From positions 127,784,001-127,848,000 of the forward strand of contig NW_024704742.1 in the NCBI RefSeq assembly GCF_018977255.1: a stretch of 64,000 nt of DNA, in the 5' to 3' direction. The notes beneath the pieces are model-generated. The model saw only the letters and a program-made list of their open reading frames with translations, was not told the DNA's origin and did not search any database. The stretch is from Callorhinchus milii (Eukaryota). Every line of letters starts with the position of its first letter. Within the stretch, counting starts at the first letter, position 1. This document shows, one piece after another, positions 11,146 to 24,098 of the stretch. A program made the translations under genes and the position numbers.

Positions 11146-13970
11146 CTGAATGGAGAGAGGAGAGGAAAAAAAAGAAAGGGGATATTTCAGTCACCAGATG
11201 TGCATGGATCATTTGATAGCTTCATGCTGGGGGAAAATTAGAGCAAATACGATATGCGTCCCAATGCCAGATTGAGATTTAAATGGTTTAAATTAATGTT
11301 TGAAATTTTAGAAAGCTTAGTATTTTTAGCTTAGAGCTTGAAAAGTTTTAGCTTGTGGGTGAGAAACAGCTAGATGGGAAGTAAAATGCAGTTTCTAACT
11401 CCCAATGTGAAACTCTCTTTTTTTTGATCACTGAATTTCGGCAGCAGCAAACTGTTTTCAATGTGTGCTCTTGAACGCTGACATTCTGCTCTTAATGAGA
11501 AGCAGCTTAGCGAAGGCCAGCGGGTTAAGGTTATCTCTGTGTGGGTCTACAACACACGTACAGAATCAGATCTTTATTAAATACCCGTGCTTTTCCTTGT
11601 CTTAGATTAAAATATCAAACAAATGTTGGAAGAATCCAGCCAAGTTACAGGGCGGTGGAGAAAGGGTTTGGGATTATTGACAGGCTGGAGTCTCTTCAAG
11701 ATTTCTTAACTGCGGTTTGCAAACAGACTTTACAGCAACCAAATCTACAAATGTCTCCCAGAATCTGCTTTTGAGAAGTCAGGCTCACAACTTTGATATC
11801 AAGTTCCTTTATTTGTAAGACATCAAGAAGGGACATTGAGACCTTTATAATCAGAAGTTGGAGCATTATAAAAACAGAACTGTGCAATCCACACCCAACT
11901 GACAGCATTTTTTTCCTGCCATAGTGCAACCTATAAAGTTGCCACACTCAGTATAACGCAATACAATCCCTGCTCCTGTGGTACAGGAGAGGGATAAAAA
12001 TTGAAACTAAAAGATCTCCGGGAATTATCATCAACGTTTTGAAAGCATAAAACACAGATTAACAGTTTGGGCGATAAATATAAACAGCTGTAAAGTGGTA
12101 AGTGAGACTTTGTTTCTCAAGCCTGCTTTACATTGATAATTAAGCTATATTTTCTGTGTGTAATTTGAACTGACTTCAACATGTGCATCATTAGAAAAGA
12201 CAGGAATGCAGTCGTTTTGGTGCTAAGCAGGTCATTTTTCAGTTCTGCTTAATTACTACATTATTAAGGCCTGGGAATACCTTCAGAGATTCTCACTAAC
12301 CTCCTTGAAATTTCACTCAACAGATGGGTTATTTTGCAGATTTCTTTCTTCCACCAGAAAAAGGGAATGGTTGAAAGGGAACAGCAAAGCTTTTCAAAGG
12401 ATCCCTTATTAATGACAGGAAATTTGCAGAAACCTTCCATTTTCTCATTAAAACAATTTCTCAGTTTTCTGTTCCATCATTTGAACGCATGCGTTGCTGA
12501 GGAGTTGTTTGTATCGAGTTCTGACACAAACTGAGGTAAATACTGCCACGTACCCTGCTTCTGTTGCGACTCATTCTGCAATAGCCCTCAATTGCTACAC
12601 AACACAAATGCTCATTTTAGAGGCATAACCACACATGTTATTTATATTAAGGGATAGGATGATTTCAAAAAAATGTTATGAAGATATATCTTTATATTTT
12701 TTTAAAAATATTTCTATTTTTCTACGTTTTGCCAACAAAATACACAGTCAGACCACTTTACAATATACCCTGTGAAGCGCTTTGAGACGTCTCAACAACG
12801 TAACAAAGTGCTATATCATATGCAAGGATTATTATTATTACATCTTATTTGGACTCTTCCTTGAGAAGGCGTGTTAAATCTCAGCCATGAGCTTATCCAA
12901 GGCTGCCTTCAATGCTGGTACGTCATCAATAAGCAGGAATTGGATTTTTGTGGGGGTAATACTAGGGATATCAGTGATGGTCCTCTTTTCCTCCAAGGAG
13001 CAAACTACAGGGTTATGGGGAAAGGGTAGGTCCATCCTACATATACCTGTCTACTTTCCTCTTGTTATTATTAGTATGGAAACCCAAATGTTCTGACATT
13101 ACGTAGTAGTTTCTCTTGTGTCCGAACAAGAACTGGAAAGCTCATTCAGTGCAAGTGGGGAAACGTGATTAACAGATGACCTTAGGATCCAAACCCAGAC
13201 CTACCCACTCTGACAGCAGATTTTGAAGTTTAAAAGTTAGGTAGTTTTACAAGCGTCTCAGCTGCAATTCCTGCTCTCATTCTCAGCAAAGTGCCAACAG
13301 AGCCATAAATTTACAAAATTGGGTTTGCCATAAGAACAGTGAGGTTCCTGCCACATAGCAAGCCTGAACCCTGCTGCCATTCCCCTTGAGAGACGGAACC
13401 CAGTGCCTAACTCAGAAGTCTGGAGTGAAAAGACTCTATTGTATTATATCAGAATGCAGAGACGGTGTGCAAGGAGTAGAGTTCAAACAAAGTCCTGCAG
13501 CAATGGGACTGAGGTAATAAATTCCTTTTTTTTTTAGTTGACAATATCAATTACCTCTGGTGGAATTAGTTACTCTGCAGTGGCAAAAAGCCAGAAAGAA
13601 GCAGAGCCAGTCAGTCAGGAGAAACTGTAGATTTACTGCCTACTTTCAGACCCCATTGTTTTTTATGTGACCGCTCCAATTAATACAAGAGCAAGGTCAT
13701 AGCAAACCTAAAGCTGCAGTTTTATATTTTATTTTTAGGAAATAGTTGAAGAATGCCCCATTTATTTCAAAGTGAAGTGGATCCTTCTTCTGCTTTTGAT
13801 GTGCATTTAATATAGGGTCTTACCATGTTGCAAAGATTTTAGATTTCTCTGTAATGTGTAGTGACTATATATTTGTAGGCGAATGTGGCAGCCAATATGA
13901 ATGCAGCAATGTCCCCGAACAGCCAGCTGGGGGATTGTTGGCCAGGACACAAGAAGAAACTCCTTTCTCA

Positions 13971-14640
13971 TGTGTCAGCCTGTCTCAGTAGCAACAACAA
14001 CAACAAAATTACATTTATATAGCGCCTTTCACGTCAGGAGGACGTCCCAAAGCGCTGAGATAAGGGTGGACAGATAAGGGTTTACACCCGAGCTGGGGGA
14101 TGGAATAAAGTGGGGTGGAAGGCAAGGCGGCTGGGAGAGGGAGGGTGACCGAAGGCACGATCAAAGAGAAAGGACTTGAGTTAGGCCTTGAAGGAGGCAA
14201 GGGAGGGGCACAGCGGAATGATTCTGGGATGGAGTTCCAGAGGGTGGATGCAGAAAACCTAAAGGCCAGGCCACCGATGATGGAATGGGCAAAGCGAGAG
14301 ACATGGATCAGGCCAGTACTTGCCGAGAGAGCAGACTCGCCTCTGAGTTAGAAGGTTGTTGGATCAAGCTTCACATTGGGCTCACATAGATAACACTCAA
14401 ATGCGGTGCTGAAGGTGTGTTGCATTGTCAGAGTTGCCATCCTTCAGGTGAGATGTTAAAACCGAGGTCCTGTCTTCCTGTTCAGGTGCACATTAAAAAT
14501 CTCATGGCACTATTCGAAAAGAGAGTATACTGAGTATACTCCCAGTATTCTGTCCAAAATGCCCCAAATATAATTGGTCGTTGGTTTCATGGCTGTTGTG
14601 GGACATTGCTGTGCACAAATTAGCTGTCATATTTGCAATA
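13971..14640 (+). mobile_element. SINE family B interrupted by an antisense L2 3' fragment (about 13992-14328)
   Basis: The head tgtgtcagcctgtctcagtagca breaks off at 13992 and resumes at about 14330 (agcagactcgcctctgagttagaagg). The intervening sequence is the reverse complement of an L2 3' end with a (ttg)n tail. Confidence 0.8.
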
Positions 14641-14799
14641 ATATGAAGGTCCACCTGGGTTAAAGGACTTGTCATGTTCTCTATTCAAATTGGATTTCGG
14701 ATAAAATTCATAGTTTTGGTGTTTCACAAGAATAACATGATATTAATACACCTCCACTTGGGTCTGATTATTCTGACCAAGTTTGACAACTTAGTTCGA

Positions 14800-15340
14800 G
14801 AGTAAGCAATGAAGGAGACAGAGCTTGTTGAACTGGTAAACCTCTGGTAAATGTCTTTCCATTACAACACATGGTGGGAACCTAAATAACTGTTATCAGG
14901 ATACTGTTTTGAAGACTTAGTTTGTCAGTGTCAAATGAAAATGATACAAGGGATGAGGTTAGAGGGAAACTAAACAATAGTGAAAGGTTGGTTGGTTTGG
15001 GATTGTATTTACTGGACCTGAGGAGTGATTTGATCAAAGTGTTCAAAATTATGAGAGAGCTTCACAATACATTCAGGAAGTGACTGGCTCCCTCGGTGAA
15101 TCCAGCAGTTTGTGAGAGGATGTGACCTTAAAATTAGGGCAAAGCAGGTTAGGACCGAGGTCAGGGAAGTGCGAGTGCTCTAACCACTGAGCTACAGGAC
15201 TCTACTTGGATAGATGGATAAACGTATGGGGGATAAAAATATTGAGGGATATGACAAAGAGATGGGATTCAGGAAGGTTTGTAGTGCATTATCCATATAT
15301 AAGTGTGCTTAATGGGCTGAATAGTCTTTTTCTATTCTTA
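14800..15340 (+). mobile_element. Old, degraded CR1 LINE 3' fragment
   Basis: Residual similarity (aggagtgatttgatcaaagtgttcaaaattatgagag; aatgggctgaatagtc) to the CR1 at 21135-21950. Confidence 0.55.
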
Positions 15341-15402
15341 ATTTCAAACAATCTTATATGACTGGATTCCCAATTGTTTAATTTATAATGCTGTCCACTG
15401 AC

Positions 15403-15567
15403 CTGAGTCACAGGATGGAGATGATGAGAGCAGGGGAGACGGTAGCAGAGTTGAGACTGTAACACTTTCGGTAGAAATTGCCTTCTTTCTGGTTACAATA
15501 GAAAGGCCACTATCACTTTTATTGTGCGATGCCGTTTGGTCCAGCTTGGTGTGTGAGCTAAGTAAAC
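15403..15567 (-). CDS. SETBP1: SETBP1 penultimate coding exon (equivalent to human exon 5), 165 nt, phase 1/1
   Basis: Not in the ORF track. The reverse complement reads ttttcttttctctttattag|GTTTACTT...GACTCAG|gtcagt. It translates (G)LLSSHTKLDQTASHNKSDSGLSIVTRKKAISTESVTVSTLLPSPLLSSSPSCDS, resembling human [39 protein letters not shown] as I recall it, and it keeps frame between the flanking exons. Confidence 0.9.
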
Positions 15568-15631
15568 CTAATAAAGAGAAAAGAAAACAACATTATTACA
15601 TACCCTTAACTCCTGATATCTCAATGTTAGG

Positions 15632-16078
15632 AATAATAATCTTTGCATTTGATATAGTGCCTTGTCACTTTGTCGAGACGTCTCAAACTGCTTCACAGGA
15701 TATACTGTAAAGTGGATTGACTGTGTATTTTGTGGGTGAAACCTGGCAGCCAGTTTGCGCACAGCAATGTCTTACAAACAGCCATGGAGTGAGTGACCCC
15801 AATTTTATTTGGGGGATTTGTTGGCCAGCGCACCGAGAGAAAATTCTTTCTCTTTCCAAATAGTATCATGAGATCTTTAACATCCACCTGAACAGGCAGA
15901 AAAGTCCTCGTTTTAATATCTCATCCAAAGGACAGCATCTCCGATGATACAACACACCCTCCAGCACTGCTTTGGAGTGTGAGCTTAGACAATGTGATTC
16001 CAATTCCTAATGTGGGGCTTGAATACAAAACCTTCTGACTCAGAAGCGGGAATGTTACCACTGCTCCTAGGCTGACAC
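15632..16078 (-). mobile_element. Full-length SINE family B
   Basis: Head, Deu-like body and L2-type tail are all present in reverse orientation. It ends about 65 nt upstream of the exon-5 acceptor. Confidence 0.85.
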
Positions 16079-17948
16079 ACTTGGAAGACTGGAAAAGCAG
16101 TCCTCAACAGGACTCATCTTGCCAATGATTTGAGCTGCTCTACGGGCCTCTTGTGAAGCTTATGACGGGACGAGTTGAAAAGCCTGGGATGTTTGGAACG
16201 ACATTTCAACACAGTATTTGAAGGGTTAATTTCCACTTCTCTTTATCATTATCAAAAAATTTCTTACTACGATATTTGCCAAAAGGCTTCTCATGAGATC
16301 CTAAAGCCGGCAAAGTACAATGCGAATTTGGAAGAGCAAATTTGTTTGGTTTTGCTGTTGGCCTTAATTCGCTTGGTGGACATCAAGTGTATTGCCTCCA
16401 CCACTCTACAATGTGCAGTCTGATAAATAGGCCTGAATTTCAAGTGGTGTTTGGGTGTGTGGGGAAACGCACGGATAGGAGGGAGGGCAGGAAGGCACAG
16501 CTGGAGTTTGCTCAGATTCCCCGAGCTTAATACGCAAGACAACACAGTGTGGTAGCAGTGCTGCTCTGCTCATCACAAAGTTAAAAGAACATTTTCAATT
16601 TTTTTTTCGTTTGCAATCTGCCAGAGTATTAGCGGCAGAATTGCAGTATTTGTGATTCTGGTGCCAATGACACCAATTAAGACATAAAAGGGTTTCTTTT
16701 AAGTGAATCCAACAAAACGGTGATTCTTGACAGTTTTGAATTATTGCCCAGTTAGGCTGGCAGAGAGGAACACTGCACTTAGCAGAGTTGCTTATCTACA
16801 GTCTACCGTGTTTCATTTAATGCCATTTAAGGAGAGAACGGCACATAGCAGTTCCGGGCTCTTAAAGAGGTAACTGTTAATCTGTTTCAACATGCAATTA
16901 CCCATCATAGGTTACCCCATAACAGTAAAATATGTATTAATTTTTAATGCTTTTCTTCAAAGCGTGAAGTGATTTCGTTCCAAGATTTGAAAAATACAAT
17001 ACTGGTCTGTGAGCTAATAAAGAGGTACTAAAAATAAGGGATTAGCCCAACTGTGAACCAAACCGACTCATTTGCTAAGATAATGTAAAGTGTAGGTAGT
17101 AGCCCTGATGCATGGCTCAGAAGTATATTTTCTTAAATTTTAAGGATCCAAATTAGCGTGAGTTACTCATCTCTGTGTGAATTTCATTATTTCATTAATA
17201 TTGAAATTCACACATGAATCTTATTCAACCTTTATCCATGCTGAACTCACGGAGGGAAAGAAGCAGAATTAGAATTCTCCTGAAGATCAATGATACCTTG
17301 AGGTCTCACTTGTAATATCTCTTAATGAGATTCTTTGGTACACACATGAGGGAGAAGGTAATAGAGGGAAAGGGAGATGGGATGAGGTGCGCTGGAAGCT
17401 CACTGTTGGGCTAAGTGGCTTGGTCCTGTCCTCTAATGTTCTATGTAATTCTGTGAAGCCTGTTAAGACTTTCCATCGATCCTATATGGAACTCAGTGGG
17501 AAAGCAGACTACATCAGAGAAGAATTCCGAGGTGACACACTTCTGATTACAAGAACGAACCTCTTTTTGCACAATTAGGGCATCCTTATTAAAGAATCCG
17601 ATTAAGATAAGAAATTCCGCAAATTAGACCCCATTATGTGTTACCAGTCTAACAATGAACAAAGGTAACAAAAAATCATACAAGGACTTTGACATTTCCT
17701 TATTTTAAAAACAATTCAGGTTGTGTCGTGAAAGTCAATTTCTTCCTTTTCATTGGTCAGCCAGGTGTCTAACGCACCTATCACCATGCTTAAGAGTCTC
17801 TAAACCAAATGAGTAGAGAGTTCCTCATATTTATGCTTTCTGTTTATCCAATACAGAGCCTCAGGAAATCTAGTTCTTGCAACACCGCATCACCGTGAAA
17901 GAGTAGATAAATAAAAAAAGGGTGCGATTGGAAACATTCATTTGCAAT

Positions 17949-17965
17949 CCGCCACTTGGTGGTCA
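17949..17965 (-). promoter_or_regulatory. Candidate CTCF site
   Basis: The reverse complement TGACCACCAAGTGGCGG is close to the CTCF core consensus. Motif match only. Confidence 0.35.
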
Positions 17966-18659
17966 AACGGTTAACACTGATAATTTGGTGGAATTCTACC
18001 ACATTTGGTTCTAGTCAAAACACAGAGCCAGTTTATGTCTATAAACCTTCTGATGTTGCCCTCCAACCTCTGTCAGGCACTAAACCTCTTTCTCAAACAC
18101 GGCACAAAACATAGGCAGGTCGTTCGTTTTCAAAGGCCAACCGTCACAAACCATTTATCCATGAGAATCTGCACCCTCACAGAATGATTATATTAGATGC
18201 TTGATTTATGGAGCTGCTCCTTGGAAAGAGCAGTCACATCCTGTTGCTGTGTTACTCTACCCTCAGCTCAAGGTTAAACCATTCCCAGATCCAGACCAAA
18301 ATTAAACACAGCTCATGCATACCCGCAGACATTACGGTCATATAAAAGGTCAGACTCTTTCCATAGTTAACACAATCGGGGTGAATATTTTTTTAAACTT
18401 TCATACAATGTTCTCACACAGCACAGTTAATCTGTGGTTAGAATGTGTGGCCGGGCAATTAGTGTTCCTGCAAAATGTGGAGATCAAGCAATGACCCTGA
18501 TCACATAACCCTGCTCCTTGACATTACTCTCAGTGCAATGTTTAATAGCAGGAGGTCAACTTCCACAAATAAGATATGCACGGTGGGTAACTTCCTTGGA
18601 TTCATCCACACCAAAAGAAGCCTCAGTGCCAATTAGAGAGTGAGGGAGGATGGAAAGAA

Positions 18660-19625
18660 AGAACAACAACTAGCATTTATATAGCGCCCTTCACGCAGTG
18701 TAGAGTCTCAGTTCACTTAACAGTGATAGAGCTGGACGCCAAACACATGACCGTAACCACGGTCGAAGAGGAAGGTCTTCAGACATGATCTGAAAACGGG
18801 GAGGAGGAGGCAAGGTGGAGGGATTGAGGAAGAGAGTTCTAGAGTTTCAGGGTAAAGTAGCTGAAAGCTTGGCTGCTGATGGTTGATCGGAGGGTACGAG
18901 GGCCAAGCAGGAGGCCAGAGCCAGCTGAGCGGAAGCAGTGAATGGTGGAATGGGATTATGAAGATTGGCGAGGTAGGGAAGTGCCAGGGTATGAAGGGTT
19001 ATTGTAGACCAGTGTGAGGATCTTGAAGTTGATCTGTTCTGTGATAGGGAGCCAGTGGAACCTGGCGAGGATTGGTGTGATGAGGGTATGGAGTTTAGAG
19101 TGGGTGAGTATGCGGATGGTGGTGTTATGAATCAGTTGGATTTTGTGGATAGTGGAGCTGGGTAGACCTGTGAGGAGGGCATTGAAATAGTCGATGGGAG
19201 AGATGATGAAAGCACGGACGAGGGTTTCGGCTACATTGGGTGTGAGGTACAGCTGGAGGCTGGCAATGTGAAGGAGATGGAGGAAAGTGGCTCTGATCAA
19301 GGACCGGATGTGGAGTAGGAAAGACAGCTGGGGATCAAACCTGGTGCTTAGGTTATGCATAGGTTTGATAAGTCTTAGTAAAAGGCTGCGGAGGTTGAGG
19401 AGGTCAGAGCCGCAGGAGAGAATGTTGATGGGAGTCAAGGAGCATGGCTGCTGTCTTGTCGACATTCAGCTGCAAGAAGTTTGCGCTCATCCAGGCCTTG
19501 ACAAACTGACAGAACATCAGTGGACCTGGAGTTGCAGCTGGAGGAAGAGAAGTAGATTTGTTTTTCATCCACATACATGTGGAACTTGACTCCTCTGTGG
19601 ATGATATTGGGAGCCTTGGGGTATC
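18660..19625 (-). mobile_element. 5'-truncated L2-clade LINE (RT C-terminal region plus 3' tail)
   Basis: Peptides WMSANFLQLNVDKT and FIISPIDYFNALLTGLPSSTIHKIQLIHN...HWLPITEQINFKILTL are typical L2 ORF2. Tail gcgctatataaatgctagttgttgtt. Confidence 0.9.
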
Positions 19626-20638
19626 CCACAGGTGGGGGTGGGAGGAAAAGAAGAAACAAAGGAAGCAAAGGAAAACAAATGAAGAAAGAATCAAGGAAGG
19701 AAGAAGCAAAGAAGGTTGTATTTTTATTGTGCGTTTTCATGTCAAAATGTTGTGAGGTGCTTCCTAGAAAATAGTGTCAAGCTAGGTAAACGTTTTTGTC
19801 AGCAGACTTCAGCCATTTTGAGCCTAGCAAGGTTCCACAAACAGCCATGAGGTGAATGAGGAAATCACTTTGTTCCACAGAACAAAGTGAGCTGAGTGGG
19901 ACGGACATGGGGAGTTGAACTATGTGGTTTGACTTGGGCTTTTGCTCATTCCTGGAGAGTAAACAGTAAAACTGCACGTTCAAATCTTAGAGATGTAATG
20001 AGGTAAAAAGAACAACACTTAAACACAGTGTATTTTCCACTTCTTTAACTCGCAAGTATAAAATATGACCACTAGTAATTACACTGGCCTCTCACCACCA
20101 CATTCTTTTCAGCTGACATTGTTTATTGCTTCCTCTTAAGCAGAGAACCTATATAACGCTCTCTCTCTCCCTACACACGCCTTGGGCTCCTAAAAATATT
20201 TCACTGGGGTTATTATGAGGAGGTTTGTTTCCAAACTGCAGTGGCACTGACTTGAGGTATGTAAAGTGAAGGAATGATGCCAGAAACAAAAACCCATCGA
20301 AGGAAAAAGCAACGTCTTATCAGTTCACTGTGAAACGGTCTGACCGGCTGGCGTTTCTGGAGCTGAATGATCTCTCTTGACATGCTCCTTGAAGCAGTAT
20401 TTGCTTCTGCTGAAGCTTTCCCTCCATGTCATTTCATGCCAATTGCTATGCAGCCTTGGTTACTGATTAATAAATCTTTCAGAGTCCTGAGGTTCGATAT
20501 CTGTAAAGTTTACTGCTGCTTTTAGGTCTTGTAGTCAAAGCGCTGAATTATATATGAGGATAGAGCGCAGATCATCAGTACAACATCCTTACAGCATTAG
20601 AATGATGAGAAAATCTTGCATCTCTCTGGTCAATGCTA

Positions 20639-20999
20639 TAATAATCCTTTGCATTTGATATAGTGTTTTATCAAGTCGTTGGGACGTCTCAAAGTGCTTT
20701 ACAGAATATACTGTAAAATAAATTGACTGTATATTTTGTAGGCGAAACGTAGCAGCCAATTGTGCACAGCAGTGTCCCACAAATAGTCATGGACTGAGTG
20801 ACCCAAATTTTTTTTAAGGAAACATTACCCCCAGAAAAGCAATCCGCCAATCGACTAACAACCGGGTTCCTACTTACTGCTAGGTAAACAGAGGCATGGG
20901 GAGTAAGGAAACTTGCCCAACGATTTGCCCTGCCGGGAATCAAGCCCAGGCCTCTTGCTTCTGAGGCGAGTGCTCTAACTACTGAGCTACAGAACTCCA
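20639..20999 (-). mobile_element. Full-length SINE family A
   Basis: Complete head, middle, Deu-like block and tail in reverse orientation. Confidence 0.88.
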
Positions 21000-21134
21000 A
21001 TGCTATGCAATGTTACAGGCAGCCCTGAAGGGTTAATGCAGCCGTTAATATTACCTTCCTAGCAAGAACACAAGAAATGATGGGAAAAACTTACAAATGA
21101 AAAACTGTCCCTTAAAAGGGCTGTGGGTCATCGT

Positions 21135-21950
21135 GAATGTGGATAAGTGTGAGGTGATACACTGACGTAGGAAAAATGATAGGAGGCAATATAGACTTGG
21201 TAGCTCAATCTTAAGGGGGGTGAACGTACAGAGAGATCTGGGTGTTCAAGTAAGTGAATCATTAAAGGTAGCGGGGCAGGTAGATAAGGCAGTAAAAAAG
21301 GCATTTGGTGTACTGAGCTTTATTAGTAGGGGCATAGAGTATAAGAGTAGGGAGGTTATGGTTAATCTATACAAAACACTGGTTAGGCCTCAGCTGGAGT
21401 ACTGCATCCAGTTTTGGGCACCTTACTTCAGGAAGGACATTAAGGCACTGGAAAGGGTGCAGAGGAGATTCACGAGAATGATACCAGGAATGGGGAACCT
21501 TAGCTATGAGGACAAGCTGGAGAAGTTAGGACTTTTCCCATTAGAGCAGAGAAGGTTACGCAGGGACCTGATAGAGGTCTTCAAGATCATGAAAGGTTTC
21601 GACAGGCTAGATAGGGAAAAGCTGTTTCCGCTGGTAGGTGCATCTGTGACTCGTGGTCACAGTCTTAAGATATCTACCAAAAGAAGCAGAGGGGAGGTTA
21701 GAAGATTTTTTTCACTCAGCGAGTTGTTTGAATTTGGAATGATCTCCTGAAAGGGTAGTGAAGTCCGATTCGATAACAGCTTTTAAGAGAGAACTGGATA
21801 GGTATCTGGGGAAGACGGGTTTGCAGGGTTATGGGGAGAAAGCTGGTGATTGGGGTTAGTGAAAATGACTTCCTCTGTCAAAGAGCCGGCACAGACTCAA
21901 TGGGCCGAATGGCCTCCTTCTGTGCCATAACATTCTATGAATCTATGAAT
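21135..21950 (+). mobile_element. 5'-truncated CR1 LINE (RT C-terminus plus 3' UTR)
   Basis: Peptide RDLGVQV...YKTLVRPQLEYCIQFWAPY...LERVQRRFTRMIPG...RRDLIEVFKIMKG is diagnostic of CR1 ORF2. The 3' end gggccgaatggcctccttctgtg...ttctatgaatctatga is the CR1 terminal repeat. Confidence 0.93.
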
Positions 21951-23158
21951 AAAAATATTTTGAGGCTGCTGAAGAGGTTTTCGTTTTCATGAGGTGCTGA
22001 AAGAGAATTTAGAGTTTTGATACATTCCTGGCACATTTCAAAAGAAAAACTACAAAAAATGTCTTCCTCATAGACATCAACTAGCTGTTGTTATTGTGAG
22101 GGTTTCACCAGCTCAGTTGCACTTGTGATGCAGTACTGGGGGAGTGCTGCATTGTCAGAGGTGAAGTTCTTTCAGATGAGATGTTAAACTGAGATCTCTT
22201 CTGCCTTTTCAGGTTAAAGGCACTAATTGAAAAGGGAAGGACGTTTCTTCTTGTATTCCAGACAATGGATAAAATTGGTCTTTCATTTATTGGCAGTTTG
22301 TGAGATACTGTTGTGCATTAATTGGCTGCCTCATTCACCTACAAAACAGTGAAAATACCTTATGTGAAAGACCTAATATCAAATGCAAGGATTATATATA
22401 CTCAATGGCTGAGCACTGTCCCTTTTAGGATTACGCCAAACCCCACCATGCTCCAGGAACACAGCTCTTCTGTATCACAGTTCTGAAACAACTAGACAAC
22501 ACTAAATGTATGCTGTCTGCTCAGTAATGCCCACAGCATACGAGAAATGGCACTACTCCGTTTCTGACATAGTAAATGGCATGACAGGAACTCAGCTCAA
22601 TAGAGATGCTCTGTGTCTTGAGAAGCATCTCTGTCAATTTTACCACAGACTTAAACTGCACAAAAGTGCAGAGGGTAGAAGCTGCTAAGCTGGCGGATAA
22701 GATTTTGAATGATATGTCAACAGCTGTCTGCTGGACAAAACAGTGATAATGGGTCAAGGGTCCTTTCATTCCAAAGCTTCTGTTCGCGGATCTTTTCAAT
22801 GCTATGCTATGAAGTATTGGCAGCACTGACATCCCCTCTGTCTATTTTCCTGGATGAAACACTTCATGAAATGATGGTGTAGTGGATTCTCCTCCATCGA
22901 TTCTCCTCTCCTGGTTACTTCGGGGCACTATGCATTTTCTTTAACCTCGATTGCTTTCGTGAAAGGTTAACAGTTAGAAGAGAGAAGAGTGCATTTGTCG
23001 TACCAAGCACGTTAATCCCATGTGTCATCATGGACATTATCCAAGCAATGGAATCTCTCCCAGAAACGTTCTGCAAAGCTTCTCCTTGCTTCACTCCAAA
23101 GCTATAAACTTTTCCTTTCCTATCTTTGCTTTGAGCTTCCTTTTCTGCACAGAACATA

Positions 23159-24098
23159 TAATAATAATAATCCTTGCATTTGATATAGCACCTTATGTTG
23201 TTGAGATGTCTCAAAGTGTTTCACAGAATATATTGTAAAATGGATTGACTTGTGACTGACACAGCAGTATCCCACAAACAGTTGTGGACTGAGTGACTAA
23301 ATTTTGTGTTGGAGGGATTATTACCCCCGGAAAGTGATCCGCCAAACAACTAACAATCAAATTCCTATTTCCTGCTGGATACTTGTGGATTCACGTAGCT
23401 TAGTGGTTAGAGCATTCGCCTCGCATTTCCCAGCAGGACAAAACAGTGGGCAAGTTTTCTTACTCCACACACCTCGCAGTGTTTACCTAGCTGTAAGTAG
23501 GAACCTGATTGTTAGTCGATTGGCAGATTGCTTTTCCGGGGGTAATAATTCCTTAAAAATCAATAAAAAAGAATTTGTTCACTCAATCCATGACGGGTGT
23601 GGGACACTGCTGTGTGTAATTGGCTGCTACATTTCGTCCACAAAATATACAGTCAATATATTCAATTCACTTTACAGTATATTCTGTGAAGCGCTTTGAG
23701 ACATCTCGAAGATGTGATAAGGCGCTATATCAAATGCAAGGATTATTATTATTATTATAATCAGAGGCGTGTGGAGTAAGGAAACTTGCTTACAGTGTTG
23801 ACCTGCCCTAGAATCGAACCCGGGTCCACTCACTTCCGAGGTGAGCGAGTTCACCACTATGCTGTGAGCTAAAACCCTACACTTTTCTACGTTATTTATA
23901 ATAATCCTTACATTTGACATAGCGCGTTTCAAGTCTTCGAGACGTCTCAAAGTGCTTCACAGAATATACTGTAAAGTGAATTGACTGTATATTTGTGAGT
24001 GAAACGCGGCAGCCAATTGTGCACAGCAGTGTCCCACAAACAGTCGTGGATTGAGTAACCAAATTATTATTTTTTTTAAGGATTATTATCTCCGGAAA
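23159..24098. mobile_element. SINE family A cluster: minus copy (23159-23380 plus 23762-23870) split by a plus copy (23383-23757), then another minus 3' half (23898-24098)
   Basis: The minus copy stops at ...cctgctggata and resumes with cagaggcgtgtggagtaagg, which are adjacent in intact copies (compare 20876-20905). Confidence 0.82.

Noticed and set aside
11146..11212. N-terminal [22 protein letters not shown] of the 211-aa ORF
   Set aside because: This is translated intron (polypyrimidine tract) upstream of the acceptor at 11146.
21220..21750. RT-like ORFs (also 46442-47186 and 61810-62595) as functional or domesticated genes
   Set aside because: They are 5'-truncated, frameshifted LINE remnants with retrotransposon 3' tails.
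22400..23150. High-complexity stretches with short ORFs (also 1280-1620, 48250-48620, 59040-59400)
   Set aside because: No recognisable protein motif or consistent splice structure; I cannot support a coding or pseudogene call.
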